A stretch of 64,000 nucleotides of DNA from Candidatus Poseidoniales archaeon. GTDB lineage: Archaea > Thermoplasmatota > Poseidoniia > MGIII > CG-Epi1. The translations under genes and the position numbers were made by a program. Below are positions 16,909 to 27,493 of this stretch, one piece after another (positions within the stretch are counted from its first letter, which is position 1; each line of letters begins with the position of its first letter). A model generated the notes under the pieces. The model did no database searches. It was given only the letters and a program-made list of their open reading frames with translations, and was not told the DNA's origin. The stretch is from NCBI GenBank assembly GCA_045567955.1, contig JBJLBX010000018.1:9292-73291 (forward strand), in the 5' to 3' direction.

Positions 16909-19623
16909 CTAAGAAATTAAACTTTTAATTTCATTTAAGGCTTCTAAAATTTTATCTGGTGGACAAGCACCTTGTGCATACGATTCTTTACCTCCGCCAC
17001 TGCCTCCAACTAAAGATAAGGCAGATTTGAGAAGCTTACCACAATTTTGATTAACTGAATTAGATTTTGCAAGAATTACCATACCTCTATCCTTTTGAAA
17101 ACACCCGACTGCTACCAGTGCATTATCCTTAGAAGTAATTTGGCGAACAAAGTTTTGAACTTCTCCCATGTCAGTCTCACCCATATCTTGTGAATAAAAT
17201 ATTACATCATTTATTTTCTCACCTTCAAGTTCGGATGATTTGAATGTTGCCAACTCTTTTTCAAGAGATGAAACCCGGTTTCTAAGCTCCTTCCATTCTT
17301 TAACAAATTTTTGAGCAGCTAAAGGTGCCTGATCTACAGGAACTCCTAACTCTTCTGCAGTCTCTTCTAAGAGAGCTCTCTCTTTTTGAGATGCTTTGAT
17401 TGCGTCTGGCCCTGCTGAGAATTCTATTCTTTCCACACCATCCTGTATCCGCTCGGTCCTCAAAACCTTGACGGCGACTACATGGGAAGTTGAAGAAACA
17501 TGAGTACCTGCACAAGCTTGGGCATCAATTCCTGGTATTTCAACAACCCGAACATTACGATATTTAGGAGCTCCACCTTGATACAAAGTGTCTCCATATT
17601 TGCTATCAGCCTCTTCTCTACTATAAAAATCCGTACTTATTTGATAATCTTCAATAATTAGCTCATTAACATGCGCTTCTATCTTTTCAATTACTTCCAA
17701 TGATATTCTTTTATGATGTGTGATGTCCAGTCTTGCTCTATCTGGATATTTTGAAGCTCCAGCCTGCCATACATGCGTTCCAAGAATTTTTCTGGCGGCA
17801 GCACCAATAAGATGAGTTGCAGTATGATGGCGACTCAAGCCAGATCTGTGAGAATCATCAACAACTCCAGATACTATCGTTCCAACTGGAGGTAATGGAC
17901 CTTCTAAATTATGAACTACTACATCGCCTATTTTTTGGGCATCAATCATTTTGCTTTTCTCATTACTCCATTCTATGTGCCCTATATCGCTTAATTGACC
18001 TCCACCTTCTGGATAAAAAAGAGTGCTTTCTAAACAAATTTGATTGGAAGATGAATACAAAACCTTAGAAGTAAATGTACGTTTATCCATATCTTGATAG
18101 AAATCTAAATTAGTAGGTTCAATTTCTATAAAATCTAAATTCTTTTCTTTTTCCTTTGAATCGCCTTGATGCCTATCAGCCACCATTGCGAAAAAACCAT
18201 CTGGAACTGTTATTGAATGTCCTTGATTTTCAGCAAATTCGCTTACAACTGAAGGTGGTAAGCCTTGTGAATCGTAAAGCTCTAATAATTTTTGCTGGTT
18301 AATACCGCCTGTATCTAAAGCTCGCTTAACGGCACGACGGCCTCGTTCTAATGTTTTATTAAAACGCACCATTTCTAAATCAATCATATCTAATATATGG
18401 GATTTATTAGCCTTAAGTTCAGGATATGTTTTAGAAAAATTATCTATATGATTAGAGACTAGCTCTGGCAATATTTCTGAAACTCCTAAATCTCTCAATA
18501 ACAATACAGTCCTGCGAAGGACCATGCGGGCCAAATAACCTGCTTTAACATTACTAGGGACTATTCCGTCACCAAACATAAAAACTAGAGATCTACAGTG
18601 ATCTACTATCGCAAATACTTTTTCTAATGGCTCAATTGTAGAAGTGAACTCAGAAAGTGATAAATTATGACCCAATACTTTCAATCTTTCCAGGACCATT
18701 TGTCTTAATTCAGTTAAATCTGAACCATAATCTATAGATAAAACACCACAAAGTTTTGCATTCTCAGTGATTAAAGAATTCGCATTTTCCAATGTTTTTT
18801 CAAGGTTCGCTCTCTTTGTCAAGTAAGATACAATTTCTGGAAAAACAGCTTCATAGATTGTAGAGGTTCCTTGTGAGGCCCAAACTAATCTTTCAAGGCC
18901 ATAACCTGTATCAACTATGGACCTAGGCATTCTCCTAAATTTAATTCCTTTAAGCTCTATATCGCCTTCAGGATCTTCTTCCAGATCCATGAATACAAGA
19001 GTAGCTAATTCAAGACCACCGGCTAAAACTTCAAGCGCTTCACCTCCATTTCCACCACCAACCCATGGATTTTCCTTATACGTTATTTTGGAGCCTTCTA
19101 AACCAAGACTAGTATACAACTCATGACAAAGTTCAACTGTGCGATTTTGCCAGTATATCGTCTCTTCTTCATCATTAAATGCATGGTGAGCCATCATCTC
19201 AAATGTAGTTAAATGACGACCACTTCGTCCTACAGATTCTAAATCATTAAGCCTTATACATGGCTGAGAAATAGTTAAAGGATTTGCAGGAGGCTTTGAA
19301 GAACCACTAGTAACATGTGGCTGGAAAACTGCAATTGAAGCTATCGACAAATAAATGTCATTTCGCCAACGAGCAACGACTGAAGCCCTGTCGACTCTTT
19401 TATGGCTTTTTTTTTCAAAAAAAGATAAAAATGCTTCACGGGCTTCATCTAAATTCATTGGTTTAGAAAAAAGAGGTTTACCTATGAATGAATATTCGAC
19501 ACATGGAGCATCGCCACAAAGTTCAACCTCTGCAGTCGACCAAAAGAAACCGTTACACTTTGAACATTTCTGTCTAATGAAACCGGAGTCATGAAAGAAA
19601 CTTAGTGAAAGACCGTCACTCAC
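16909..19623 (-). CDS. alaS: alanyl-tRNA synthetase
   Basis: 904 aa, archaeal-type AlaRS with editing domain (HTATHLIGAAARKILG) and C-terminal DHHA1-like region. Confidence 0.95.
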   Translation of the reverse strand: MSDGLSLSFFHDSGFIRQKCSKCNGFFWSTAEVELCGDAPCVEYSFIGKPLFSKPMNLDEAREAFLSFFEKKSHKRVDRASVVARWRNDIYLSIASIAVFQPHVTSGSSKPPANPLTISQPCIRLNDLESVGRSGRHLTTFEMMAHHAFNDEEETIYWQNRTVELCHELYTSLGLEGSKITYKENPWVGGGNGGEALEVLAGGLELATLVFMDLEEDPEGDIELKGIKFRRMPRSIVDTGYGLERLVWASQGTSTIYEAVFPEIVSYLTKRANLEKTLENANSLITENAKLCGVLSIDYGSDLTELRQMVLERLKVLGHNLSLSEFTSTIEPLEKVFAIVDHCRSLVFMFGDGIVPSNVKAGYLARMVLRRTVLLLRDLGVSEILPELVSNHIDNFSKTYPELKANKSHILDMIDLEMVRFNKTLERGRRAVKRALDTGGINQQKLLELYDSQGLPPSVVSEFAENQGHSITVPDGFFAMVADRHQGDSKEKEKNLDFIEIEPTNLDFYQDMDKRTFTSKVLYSSSNQICLESTLFYPEGGGQLSDIGHIEWSNEKSKMIDAQKIGDVVVHNLEGPLPPVGTIVSGVVDDSHRSGLSRHHTATHLIGAAARKILGTHVWQAGASKYPDRARLDITHHKRISLEVIEKIEAHVNELIIEDYQISTDFYSREEADSKYGDTLYQGGAPKYRNVRVVEIPGIDAQACAGTHVSSTSHVVAVKVLRTERIQDGVERIEFSAGPDAIKASQKERALLEETAEELGVPVDQAPLAAQKFVKEWKELRNRVSSLEKELATFKSSELEGEKINDVIFYSQDMGETDMGEVQNFVRQITSKDNALVAVGCFQKDRGMVILAKSNSVNQNCGKLLKSALSLVGGSGGGKESYAQGACPPDKILEALNEIKSLIS

Positions 19624-19700
19624 AAGATGGCATAGAGAGGGAACTTAAAAACTGCCGAAGGCATAACCATTAATGATGGTTTTACAAATGAGGAATATAT

Positions 19701-22031
19701 ATGGCATCAAATGAAACCCAAAAAACATATGTTTCTGCAGCCAAAATTTTACCTGAAATAACTACACAAGGAATATTTTTAGCTATTGTTTTAGGAATGT
19801 TATTAACTGCTGCAAACGTTTACTTGGGTCTTTATGTGGGAATGACTGTTAGTGCTTCAATACCTGCTGCTGTAATTTCAATGGCAGTTCTACGAAGTCT
19901 AGCTAAGGCAAATATATCTAAAGGAACGAATATTTTAGAAAATAATTGGGTCCAAACAGCTGTTTCTTCGGGGGAATCTTTAGCTGCAGGTGTGATTTTT
20001 ACGTTACCTGCACTTTTAGTAATGAATCAGACTAGTAATGGCGAAGTTGGATGGGCGGAATTTCCCTATCTTGAAACTGTAGTCATAGCTTTAGTTGGAG
20101 GTACGATTGGAGTACTTTTTTCAATTAGTCTAAGAAGAATTTTTATAGTTAAAGAAGAATTACCTTATCCTGAAGGTGTAGCTTGTGCTGAAGTTTTAGT
20201 TGCTGGGGAAAAAGGTGGAGCTCAAGTAATGCCCATTTTTATTGGTATTACTTTTGGAGCGCTTTACAAATTATTTTCTTCATTAATGGTAACTGTAGAT
20301 AATTCGGTTAAACAAGTTAGTATTGGTCTTTGGGAGCATGGTTGGCAAAGTTTTTACACATTAGGAGGAAAACTAAATGAGTCTGCAGCATATGCTAAAA
20401 CTAAAACTACTTTCTATCTAGGTGCTGAATTGTCACCTGCTTTGCTTGGTGTTGGATATATCGTTGGTCCTGCAATCGCAAGTTTTGTTTTCTTTGGAGG
20501 GCTTTTAGGAGCTGTTGTAATAATGCCAATTGCTAGTGCATTGCTTAATCCTACTGATGCATTCATACAACAAATTACTACGGCAGCAATGAATGGTGAT
20601 GTGATTAGTTATGGAGATTATGCCAATCATATAAATGGCAGAAGAAGAATGGTTGGCGTTGGAACTATGCTAGTTGGTGGACTATACACTCTAGTTATAA
20701 TGCGTGAATCTTTAATGAAAGGTATTTCTGAAATGATTGAAGCTACTAAATCCACAGTATCTACAAAAAAAGGAATATTAAGAACAGATGAAGACTTACC
20801 TGCCCGATCAATAGCAATAGCTAGTGCAGCAATGTCAATTCCTATGTTTTTTATGGTGTGGATTGTTTCTGGGTTGTTATTACCTGCCATATTATCATTA
20901 ATCATTATTTTTACGGCTGGATTTCTGTTTGCAGCCGTAGCAGGATACATGGCTGGAATAGTTGGTAGTAGCAACAATCCACTTTCAGGTGTTACAATAA
21001 TTGTAGTAATTTTGACAGCCACAACTTTTGCACTGCTAAACAGCCTAGTTTATGGCGGAGAACATACTCAAGATTTACAAGTTGCTGTTATTGGAGTCGC
21101 AGCTTTTGTTGCTTGTGCGGGAGCAATATCTGGTGATAATTTACAAGATTTAAAAACAGGATATATATTAGGTGCAACTCCTTGGAGACAGCAAATAGGA
21201 CAAATTGTTGGAGTAACTGCAGGCGCATTAGTAATTCCGCTAGTATTAAATCTATTATCTGATCAAATTATGAATGGCGATTTAGAGGCACCTCAAGCTT
21301 TTCTGATGGCTAGTATAACTAATGGAATTCTTGGCGGGGGAATGGATTGGTCTATGGTTTTCATGGGATCTGGAATTGCCTTTTGTCTTGTAGCTCTCAG
21401 ACATCCTGAAAATTATATCAATATTCTTATCTGTGCATATTTTTTATTTCTAATTGGAGGCTTTTTAGAAGAAGCTATTCCTGCATTTCTGTTTTCTGGT
21501 AGTTTATTAATTGCAGCTACACAAGGTTGGATAAAAGAAAAAGGAGGCTTGAATATCTCTATAATGGCTGTAGCTGTAGGAATGTATCTAAGCTTAAAAA
21601 TGACAATACCTATTTTTATTGGAGGCATGATAAAAATGTATATTGATGGTAAATTTGATGCACCACTAAAGAAAACAAGACCTGAATTATACAAAAAAGG
21701 AAAAGAAGAAATACTAGCTCAAGAAAAAGAAAAATTACATGGACCTGGTATTTTATTCGCTTCAGGTTTAATTGCTGGAGAGGCTATTATGGGAATTGGT
21801 CTGGCTGGAATGGCAGTTTCTGGAATATATCTAGGAATCACTGATAATCCTTCGATTTATCCTGGACTACTCGCTTTTATTTCTGGAGCGATGATTATGG
21901 GAGCGTTTAGTTTAAGACAAATGAAAAATGATGATTTTGGTAAAGTTGAAGAATGGAATTTTAATGAGGATGTACAAGAAGCTGAAATGATAGAAGAAAT
22001 TCCAAAAAAGGAAACTAAAAAGAAACAATAA
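19701..22031 (+). CDS. OPT-family oligopeptide transporter
   Basis: 776 aa, many TM segments; N-terminal EITTQGIFLAIVLGMLLTAANVYLGLYVGMTVSASIPAAVISMA matches the OPT family. Confidence 0.85.
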   Translation: MASNETQKTYVSAAKILPEITTQGIFLAIVLGMLLTAANVYLGLYVGMTVSASIPAAVISMAVLRSLAKANISKGTNILENNWVQTAVSSGESLAAGVIFTLPALLVMNQTSNGEVGWAEFPYLETVVIALVGGTIGVLFSISLRRIFIVKEELPYPEGVACAEVLVAGEKGGAQVMPIFIGITFGALYKLFSSLMVTVDNSVKQVSIGLWEHGWQSFYTLGGKLNESAAYAKTKTTFYLGAELSPALLGVGYIVGPAIASFVFFGGLLGAVVIMPIASALLNPTDAFIQQITTAAMNGDVISYGDYANHINGRRRMVGVGTMLVGGLYTLVIMRESLMKGISEMIEATKSTVSTKKGILRTDEDLPARSIAIASAAMSIPMFFMVWIVSGLLLPAILSLIIIFTAGFLFAAVAGYMAGIVGSSNNPLSGVTIIVVILTATTFALLNSLVYGGEHTQDLQVAVIGVAAFVACAGAISGDNLQDLKTGYILGATPWRQQIGQIVGVTAGALVIPLVLNLLSDQIMNGDLEAPQAFLMASITNGILGGGMDWSMVFMGSGIAFCLVALRHPENYINILICAYFLFLIGGFLEEAIPAFLFSGSLLIAATQGWIKEKGGLNISIMAVAVGMYLSLKMTIPIFIGGMIKMYIDGKFDAPLKKTRPELYKKGKEEILAQEKEKLHGPGILFASGLIAGEAIMGIGLAGMAVSGIYLGITDNPSIYPGLLAFISGAMIMGAFSLRQMKNDDFGKVEEWNFNEDVQEAEMIEEIPKKETKKKQ

Positions 22032-22044
22032 AAGGATTTAAACA

Positions 22045-22608
22045 TTGGCTGAACGAAATTTTGTAATAATAGGTCATCGAGCTCACACTGTTGCAGATTG
22101 GAAATTAGATGATTTATGTGGAGGAGCTGGAAGACTTGATGTTCTTGTAAGATGTGTAACTGCTTCACTTTGGAAATCTCATGGAATAAGGAAAGAAACC
22201 GATGTCTGGTTGATTCTTAATGGACCACCAGAGGCACCAATAACTGTTCATTTTTGTGGTGAAAAAATACGTTATCTTAATCCTGATGAACGTTCGACTG
22301 CAGCTCTGATTAGAAATGGATTGATTAAGTATAAAAAACAAGTTGATGCAATGGAAACTAGTCCAGGAGTTACTATGGAAAGAATTGGTTTGGAAGATAT
22401 TTTAGTGAGATTGCCCAATCCAGTACTTTTAAGTGAAAATGGAAATGATAAAATCAATAATTCAAGTACCTTTATTCTTGGAGATGATAAAGACCCTACT
22501 GAAAATGAAATGAAGTTATTAAAAGAATTACCAAAAATTAATTTAGGAAAAGAAAGTTTACTTAGTTCTGCATGTGTAACTTTAATACACCACCTTTTAG
22601 ATAAATGA
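22045..22608 (+). CDS. trmY: tRNA (pseudouridine54-N1)-methyltransferase TrmY (DUF358, SPOUT)
   Basis: 187 aa; NFVIIGHRAHTVADWKLDDLCGGAGRLDVLVRCVTASL matches the TrmY N-terminal signature. Confidence 0.7.
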   Translation: MAERNFVIIGHRAHTVADWKLDDLCGGAGRLDVLVRCVTASLWKSHGIRKETDVWLILNGPPEAPITVHFCGEKIRYLNPDERSTAALIRNGLIKYKKQVDAMETSPGVTMERIGLEDILVRLPNPVLLSENGNDKINNSSTFILGDDKDPTENEMKLLKELPKINLGKESLLSSACVTLIHHLLDK

Positions 22609-22612
22609 TTAG

Positions 22613-23719
22613 ATGAGCGAACATAGCCTATGGATGAGATGGAAAACGATACATCGTACTGCAAATCCTTTACCTGGAGCGCCTTTAGATATTGTTAGTA
22701 AATGGATGCTGATAACTAGGTCCTATGTATTTGAAATGAATATTTATGCAGGAATTGCAGGTATTCTTTTGGCATTGCAATTTGTTACAGAAATTACCTC
22801 TTCAATGTATTATGATGGAACTATAATTATTATTGGCCTAATATTAGCTCATGCTGCAAATAATATGATGAATGATTTCTTTGATACGTTACATGGAGTA
22901 GATACTGAAGGCTATCCAAGAACTGAATACGGACCACATGCTATAATCGATAAATTAATATCCACAAAAGGATTAATCTTAGCTATATTTTTTTGTAACT
23001 TTATAGACTTAATTATTGCCGTTTATTTTTATCAAAAAGTTGGTTTAGATATTTTATATTTTGTATTTGCAGGACTAGGAATTTCAATATTCTACGTTGC
23101 AAAACCAATCAGACTAAAAAATCTCGGCTTAGGTGAATTTGCTATTGGCGTAGTTTTTGGACCGCTAATGGTAGGTGGAACATTTATGGCATTGACAGGA
23201 GAACCTTTTGGATCTACTGCTTTGAATAATGCTCTTCTAGTTTCAATACCATTTGGATTAACATCGATGACTGTTGTAATGGGAAAACATATGGATAAAC
23301 ATAAAGCAGATACGGCTAAACCAGTATACACATTACCAGTCATAATTGGAATGGAAGGAGCTGCAAGAGTATCACAATTAGCAATAATCTCTTTTTTCAT
23401 TTTTAGTCTTCTAAGTGTTATTGATGGGCATTATGCAATGATTGTCGTATTATTTGCCATACCTAGAGCAATATATGTAATGCAAAAACTCAATGATCCC
23501 ATACCTGATACTCAAAAAGAAGCGTTCGATATTGCATTTGAAGCATTACCACCTCATCTAAAGGAAAACGTTATCGAACAAGACATGGAAGATATTTTCC
23601 CTGTTTGGCCGTTATGGTATGTCGCTTGGGCTTTCCATTTCGTAAAGATAGCTGGAGCTATGTTTGTACTAGGTTTGATAATAGACACACTAATTGTACT
23701 AGACCTAATACCACTCTAA
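22613..23719 (+). CDS. UbiA-superfamily prenyltransferase (MenA/UbiA-like)
   Basis: 368 aa, about 8 TM; Asp-rich motif HAANNMMNDFFDTLHGVDT. Confidence 0.7.
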   Translation: MSEHSLWMRWKTIHRTANPLPGAPLDIVSKWMLITRSYVFEMNIYAGIAGILLALQFVTEITSSMYYDGTIIIIGLILAHAANNMMNDFFDTLHGVDTEGYPRTEYGPHAIIDKLISTKGLILAIFFCNFIDLIIAVYFYQKVGLDILYFVFAGLGISIFYVAKPIRLKNLGLGEFAIGVVFGPLMVGGTFMALTGEPFGSTALNNALLVSIPFGLTSMTVVMGKHMDKHKADTAKPVYTLPVIIGMEGAARVSQLAIISFFIFSLLSVIDGHYAMIVVLFAIPRAIYVMQKLNDPIPDTQKEAFDIAFEALPPHLKENVIEQDMEDIFPVWPLWYVAWAFHFVKIAGAMFVLGLIIDTLIVLDLIPL

Positions 23720-23752
23720 TACTTATCTACAAGGTTCTAACATATACCTAAT

Positions 23753-24709
23753 ATGGAAGCGATAATTCTTGTTGGAGGATTTGGGACAAGACTTAGACCA
23801 CTGACTCATACTGTCCCAAAACCATTGCTCCCCTTGGCAAATATACCGATGGTAGAAAGAATGATTATAAATTTACCAGAAGTTTTTGATACGGCAATTT
23901 TAGCCGTTAATTATGGATTAAACGAAATGAAAACATATTTTGAAGAAAAGAATATAGAAAAAAAAGTAATTATTGTACCCGAAGAAAAACCCCTAGGTAC
24001 TGGGGGGGCAATGAGAAACTGTATAGATTATATTACTGGAACTACTGCAGTTTTCAATGGTGATGTTGTCACTTCTGTAAATCTGAAAAAAATGTTAAAA
24101 CAACACAAAAAAACTAAAGCAAAAGGGACACTGGCCTTATGGGAGGTTGAAGATCCAAGCCGATTCGGTGTTGTTGAATTAAAAAATGGAGAAATATTAC
24201 AATTTCAAGAAAAACCTAAAAAAGGTAGCGAACTATCAAATTTAATAAATGCCGGAACTTATCTATTGGAACCTGAAATCTTAGAAATGATACCTCCAAA
24301 TCAGAAAATTTCTATCGAGAGAGACATATATCCTAAAGTTGCTGGAAATGGATTGCATGGTTTTCCATTTGAAGGGTATTTTATTGACTCTGGAACACCT
24401 GAATCCTATCTTGAAGCAAATTTCAAAGCAATAGGAAATAATGGTACTGCGTCACACGCTGGTGCAAACATGCGAGGGAAATCAATTGTACATGAAAGTG
24501 CAAAATTAGAAGATTGCATCATTGGACCAAATGCCATAATCGGACCAAATGTTAAAATGAAAAAATGCGTAATTAGAAAATCGGTTATTCTTGCTAATGT
24601 TAACGGATATGGAGGAATCGTGGAAAACAGTATAATTGGACCAAATATTTCATTTAAAAATGATTTGAACCGAACTTTAATATCTCCTGAAGGTACAATC
24701 ACTTTTTAG
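23753..24709 (+). CDS. sugar-1-phosphate nucleotidyltransferase with C-terminal hexapeptide-repeat domain
   Basis: 318 aa; MEAIILVGGFGTRLRPLTHTVPKPLLPLANIPMVE (GxGTRL motif) then left-handed beta-helix repeats (IIGPNAIIGPNVKM). Confidence 0.8.
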   Translation: MEAIILVGGFGTRLRPLTHTVPKPLLPLANIPMVERMIINLPEVFDTAILAVNYGLNEMKTYFEEKNIEKKVIIVPEEKPLGTGGAMRNCIDYITGTTAVFNGDVVTSVNLKKMLKQHKKTKAKGTLALWEVEDPSRFGVVELKNGEILQFQEKPKKGSELSNLINAGTYLLEPEILEMIPPNQKISIERDIYPKVAGNGLHGFPFEGYFIDSGTPESYLEANFKAIGNNGTASHAGANMRGKSIVHESAKLEDCIIGPNAIIGPNVKMKKCVIRKSVILANVNGYGGIVENSIIGPNISFKNDLNRTLISPEGTITF

Positions 24710-24716
24710 GATAATT

Positions 24717-25358
24717 ATGACTCTTAAAATCATTCAGATTCCAGTCGGACCATTAGCAATGAATGCAACATTGGTAATGGATAAAGAAAGTAAAGAAACC
24801 ATATTTTTTGATCCAGGAGATGAAATCGAACGAATTTTAGAGATTTCTAAAGCTGAAAATATGAACATTATTAGACTCATAGCAACGCACTGCCATGTAG
24901 ACCATATTGCGGGAGCAAATATTGCAATGAAAAAATTAGGTTTACCTCTTGAAATATGCCCTCTAGGAAAAGAGATGCTCGGAAATGTGGGTCCAATTGC
25001 TGCCGCATTTGGATATACAACCTCTGAAATCAAAGAAGGAGGATATATTGATGAAGGCGATATTGTTAAAATTGGAAAAACTAAATTTGATATTTTGCAT
25101 TGTCCTGGACATAGTCCGGATTCGCTTTGTTTTTACACTGAAGAAATATTAATAGGAGGAGATGTCATCTTTAAAGGTAGTTTAGGTAGAACTGATTTGC
25201 CAGGAGGAAATACTGAACAACTTATGAATTCTATTACTAGAAAAATATATTTATTACCTGATGAAACTACTATTTATCCAGGGCATGGACCTGAGACTAT
25301 ATTAGGAGTAGAAAAAGAACAGAATCCTTATCTTAATGGCACATTAAGACTAGCATAG
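24717..25358 (+). CDS. MBL-fold metallo-hydrolase (glyoxalase II-like)
   Basis: 213 aa; HCHVDHIAGAN metal-binding motif; PGHSPDS; PGHGPET. Confidence 0.8.
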   Translation: MTLKIIQIPVGPLAMNATLVMDKESKETIFFDPGDEIERILEISKAENMNIIRLIATHCHVDHIAGANIAMKKLGLPLEICPLGKEMLGNVGPIAAAFGYTTSEIKEGGYIDEGDIVKIGKTKFDILHCPGHSPDSLCFYTEEILIGGDVIFKGSLGRTDLPGGNTEQLMNSITRKIYLLPDETTIYPGHGPETILGVEKEQNPYLNGTLRLA

Positions 25359-25395
25359 AAATGTTTATATCGATTTAATAAATAAGGTATAATTA

Positions 25396-26880
25396 ATGAG
25401 TTATGAGGAATATGATGAAAAAGTAAAAAAAATCTCGAACTCTATCAAACTAAATAATAAATTAATCACTACAAATAGAAAAGGACATAATTATAGAGAT
25501 CTAAAATTTAAAAAAAAACAAACCCGAATTGACACGGGAGCTCTAACACAAATACTTTCAATAAAAGAGAATTATATTGATTGTGAATCTGCAGTAACTA
25601 TAGGTAAAGTAAACCGAGCTACAATTCCAATAAAAAAAATAATTCCTTCATTACCAGAAGGCGATAATTTTACTGTTGGTGGGTGTCTTGCAGGATTAGC
25701 ACTGGGATCAAATTCTTATATTAACGGGTTTTTTAATGATAATGTAATAGATTTTGATATAGTTCTAGGTAATGGTGATGTAATGAAAAATGTTTCAATA
25801 TCAAATAATCCTGATCTATATTATGGTATAGGTGGAACTTATGGTACTATGGGTATTATTACAAGAGTGAAAACTAAATTAATTCCCTGTAAAAAATATG
25901 TTAGAATGGATTATCTAAATTACAACTCATTCGAAACTTTTTATGAAAATTTTAAACAACGAATTGATAATAAAGAGAATGATTTTATTGAAGCATTTGC
26001 AAATAAAAAGAATGATTATACTATTGTAGTGGCAAATTTTGTAGATAATATAAATGCCAATAATATTTCGATTATAAAAGACAAAGATATTTTGAAACAA
26101 AGACATATGTCTATTTATGCGAAAATTGCCAACAAAAAAAATAATACTTACTTACGAACATTAGATTATTTAGAAAGGTATAGCTATACTGCTTTTTGGG
26201 GTCATTATCTTTATACACCTTACAAAATTCGAGACTATATCTATGCTGGATTGATGTATTCACTTATGCCGAAGAAAATATTAGATTCATCACCAGGTAG
26301 TGGAAAATATAATATTTCGAAATATTTTCATGCTGCTAACCATATTGTTGGAGATTATATCAGAGATGAATATGTTCTTGCAACAGACTTAGGCGTTCCA
26401 CTATCTAAATTAAAAAAAGCTATGGATTTAGCAGATGAACTAACAAACACATATCCTCGCTGGATATGCCCTATTAACGTAAATCATCATCCTGACAAAA
26501 TATTTTGTACAAAGAAACCTGAACTCTGTCAAGATGACATTATATTTGATTTAGGAATTTATGGAATTAAAAATACAAAAATATCATCAAAAAAAATAAA
26601 TAAAGCATTTGAAAAATTTTCTTTTGAAAATGGCGTATTCAAGGGATTCTTCTCCACTTGTTACTTTACCTTTGAGGATTTCTGGAATCAATTTGATAAA
26701 GAAAAATATGATAAAATAAGAAAGAAATATAATGCTGATGGAAATTTTATGGACATTTTTGATAAAATGAACTACAGAAACAAAATTAAGAAGAAAAATA
26801 TCAGAAGTGAATTATTCCAATTCTTTGGAAAAAGATATTTAGAGCAAATCAACAATAATAAGGATACATTAATTAGGTGA
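25396..26880 (+). CDS. FAD-linked oxidoreductase, DIMINUTO/DHCR24-like (PCMH-type FAD-binding domain)
   Basis: 494 aa; TVGGCLAGLALGSNSYINGFFNDNVIDFDIVLGNGDVMKNVSISNNPDLYYGIGGTYGTMGIITRVKTKLIPCKKYVRMDY closely parallels the DHCR24 FAD domain (..SDLFYA.PWS.GTLGFLV.AEIRIIPAKKYVKL..). Gene is markedly more AT-rich than its neighbours. Confidence 0.65.
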   Translation: MSYEEYDEKVKKISNSIKLNNKLITTNRKGHNYRDLKFKKKQTRIDTGALTQILSIKENYIDCESAVTIGKVNRATIPIKKIIPSLPEGDNFTVGGCLAGLALGSNSYINGFFNDNVIDFDIVLGNGDVMKNVSISNNPDLYYGIGGTYGTMGIITRVKTKLIPCKKYVRMDYLNYNSFETFYENFKQRIDNKENDFIEAFANKKNDYTIVVANFVDNINANNISIIKDKDILKQRHMSIYAKIANKKNNTYLRTLDYLERYSYTAFWGHYLYTPYKIRDYIYAGLMYSLMPKKILDSSPGSGKYNISKYFHAANHIVGDYIRDEYVLATDLGVPLSKLKKAMDLADELTNTYPRWICPINVNHHPDKIFCTKKPELCQDDIIFDLGIYGIKNTKISSKKINKAFEKFSFENGVFKGFFSTCYFTFEDFWNQFDKEKYDKIRKKYNADGNFMDIFDKMNYRNKIKKKNIRSELFQFFGKRYLEQINNNKDTLIR

Positions 26881-26884
26881 TAAA

Positions 26885-27493
26885 ATGAAAGCATTGATAG
26901 TAGGGAATAGACCTTTAAGTAGCAAAGTTATAGAATTGGCAAAAGATAAATTAGTTGTAGCTGCAGATGCTGGAGCTGACCGATTATTAAAATACAATAT
27001 AATGCCTGATGCAGTTATTGGAGATTTAGATTCAATATCTGATAAGACCTCAACGAAGCTTGAAGAATGGATTGTATCTAACAAAAATATACAAAAAACT
27101 GATTTAGAAAAAGCAGTGGAACATGCTTTCAAAAAAGGAGCAACGGAAATTCAAATTATAGGGTGGTCTGGAGGAAGAATAGATCACACCCTAGGTGCAT
27201 TAGGATTGGCATTTGATTCAAGAATTAGTCTTATTGATGAACAATTTACTATAGAAGCTGTAAAAGATTTAAAAACTATTGAAGATAAAGAAAATACTAT
27301 TTTTTCACTTATAGCCGTACCTGAAGCGCGTATCAGTGTTACTGGTGCAAGATGGAATCTTGAACATGAGAAACTGTCAATGGGAGGAAGGGGTATACAT
27401 AATGAAATTGGTCCTTCTGGTAAAGTTAATATCAAATGTCATAGCGGTAAATTACTTTTAATTAAGGGTAATTTTGTTTTAGCTCACGATTGA
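26885..27493 (+). CDS. thiamine pyrophosphokinase
   Basis: 202 aa; VIGDLDS and GWSGGRIDHTLGAL motifs of TPK. Confidence 0.75.
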   Translation: MKALIVGNRPLSSKVIELAKDKLVVAADAGADRLLKYNIMPDAVIGDLDSISDKTSTKLEEWIVSNKNIQKTDLEKAVEHAFKKGATEIQIIGWSGGRIDHTLGALGLAFDSRISLIDEQFTIEAVKDLKTIEDKENTIFSLIAVPEARISVTGARWNLEHEKLSMGGRGIHNEIGPSGKVNIKCHSGKLLLIKGNFVLAHD

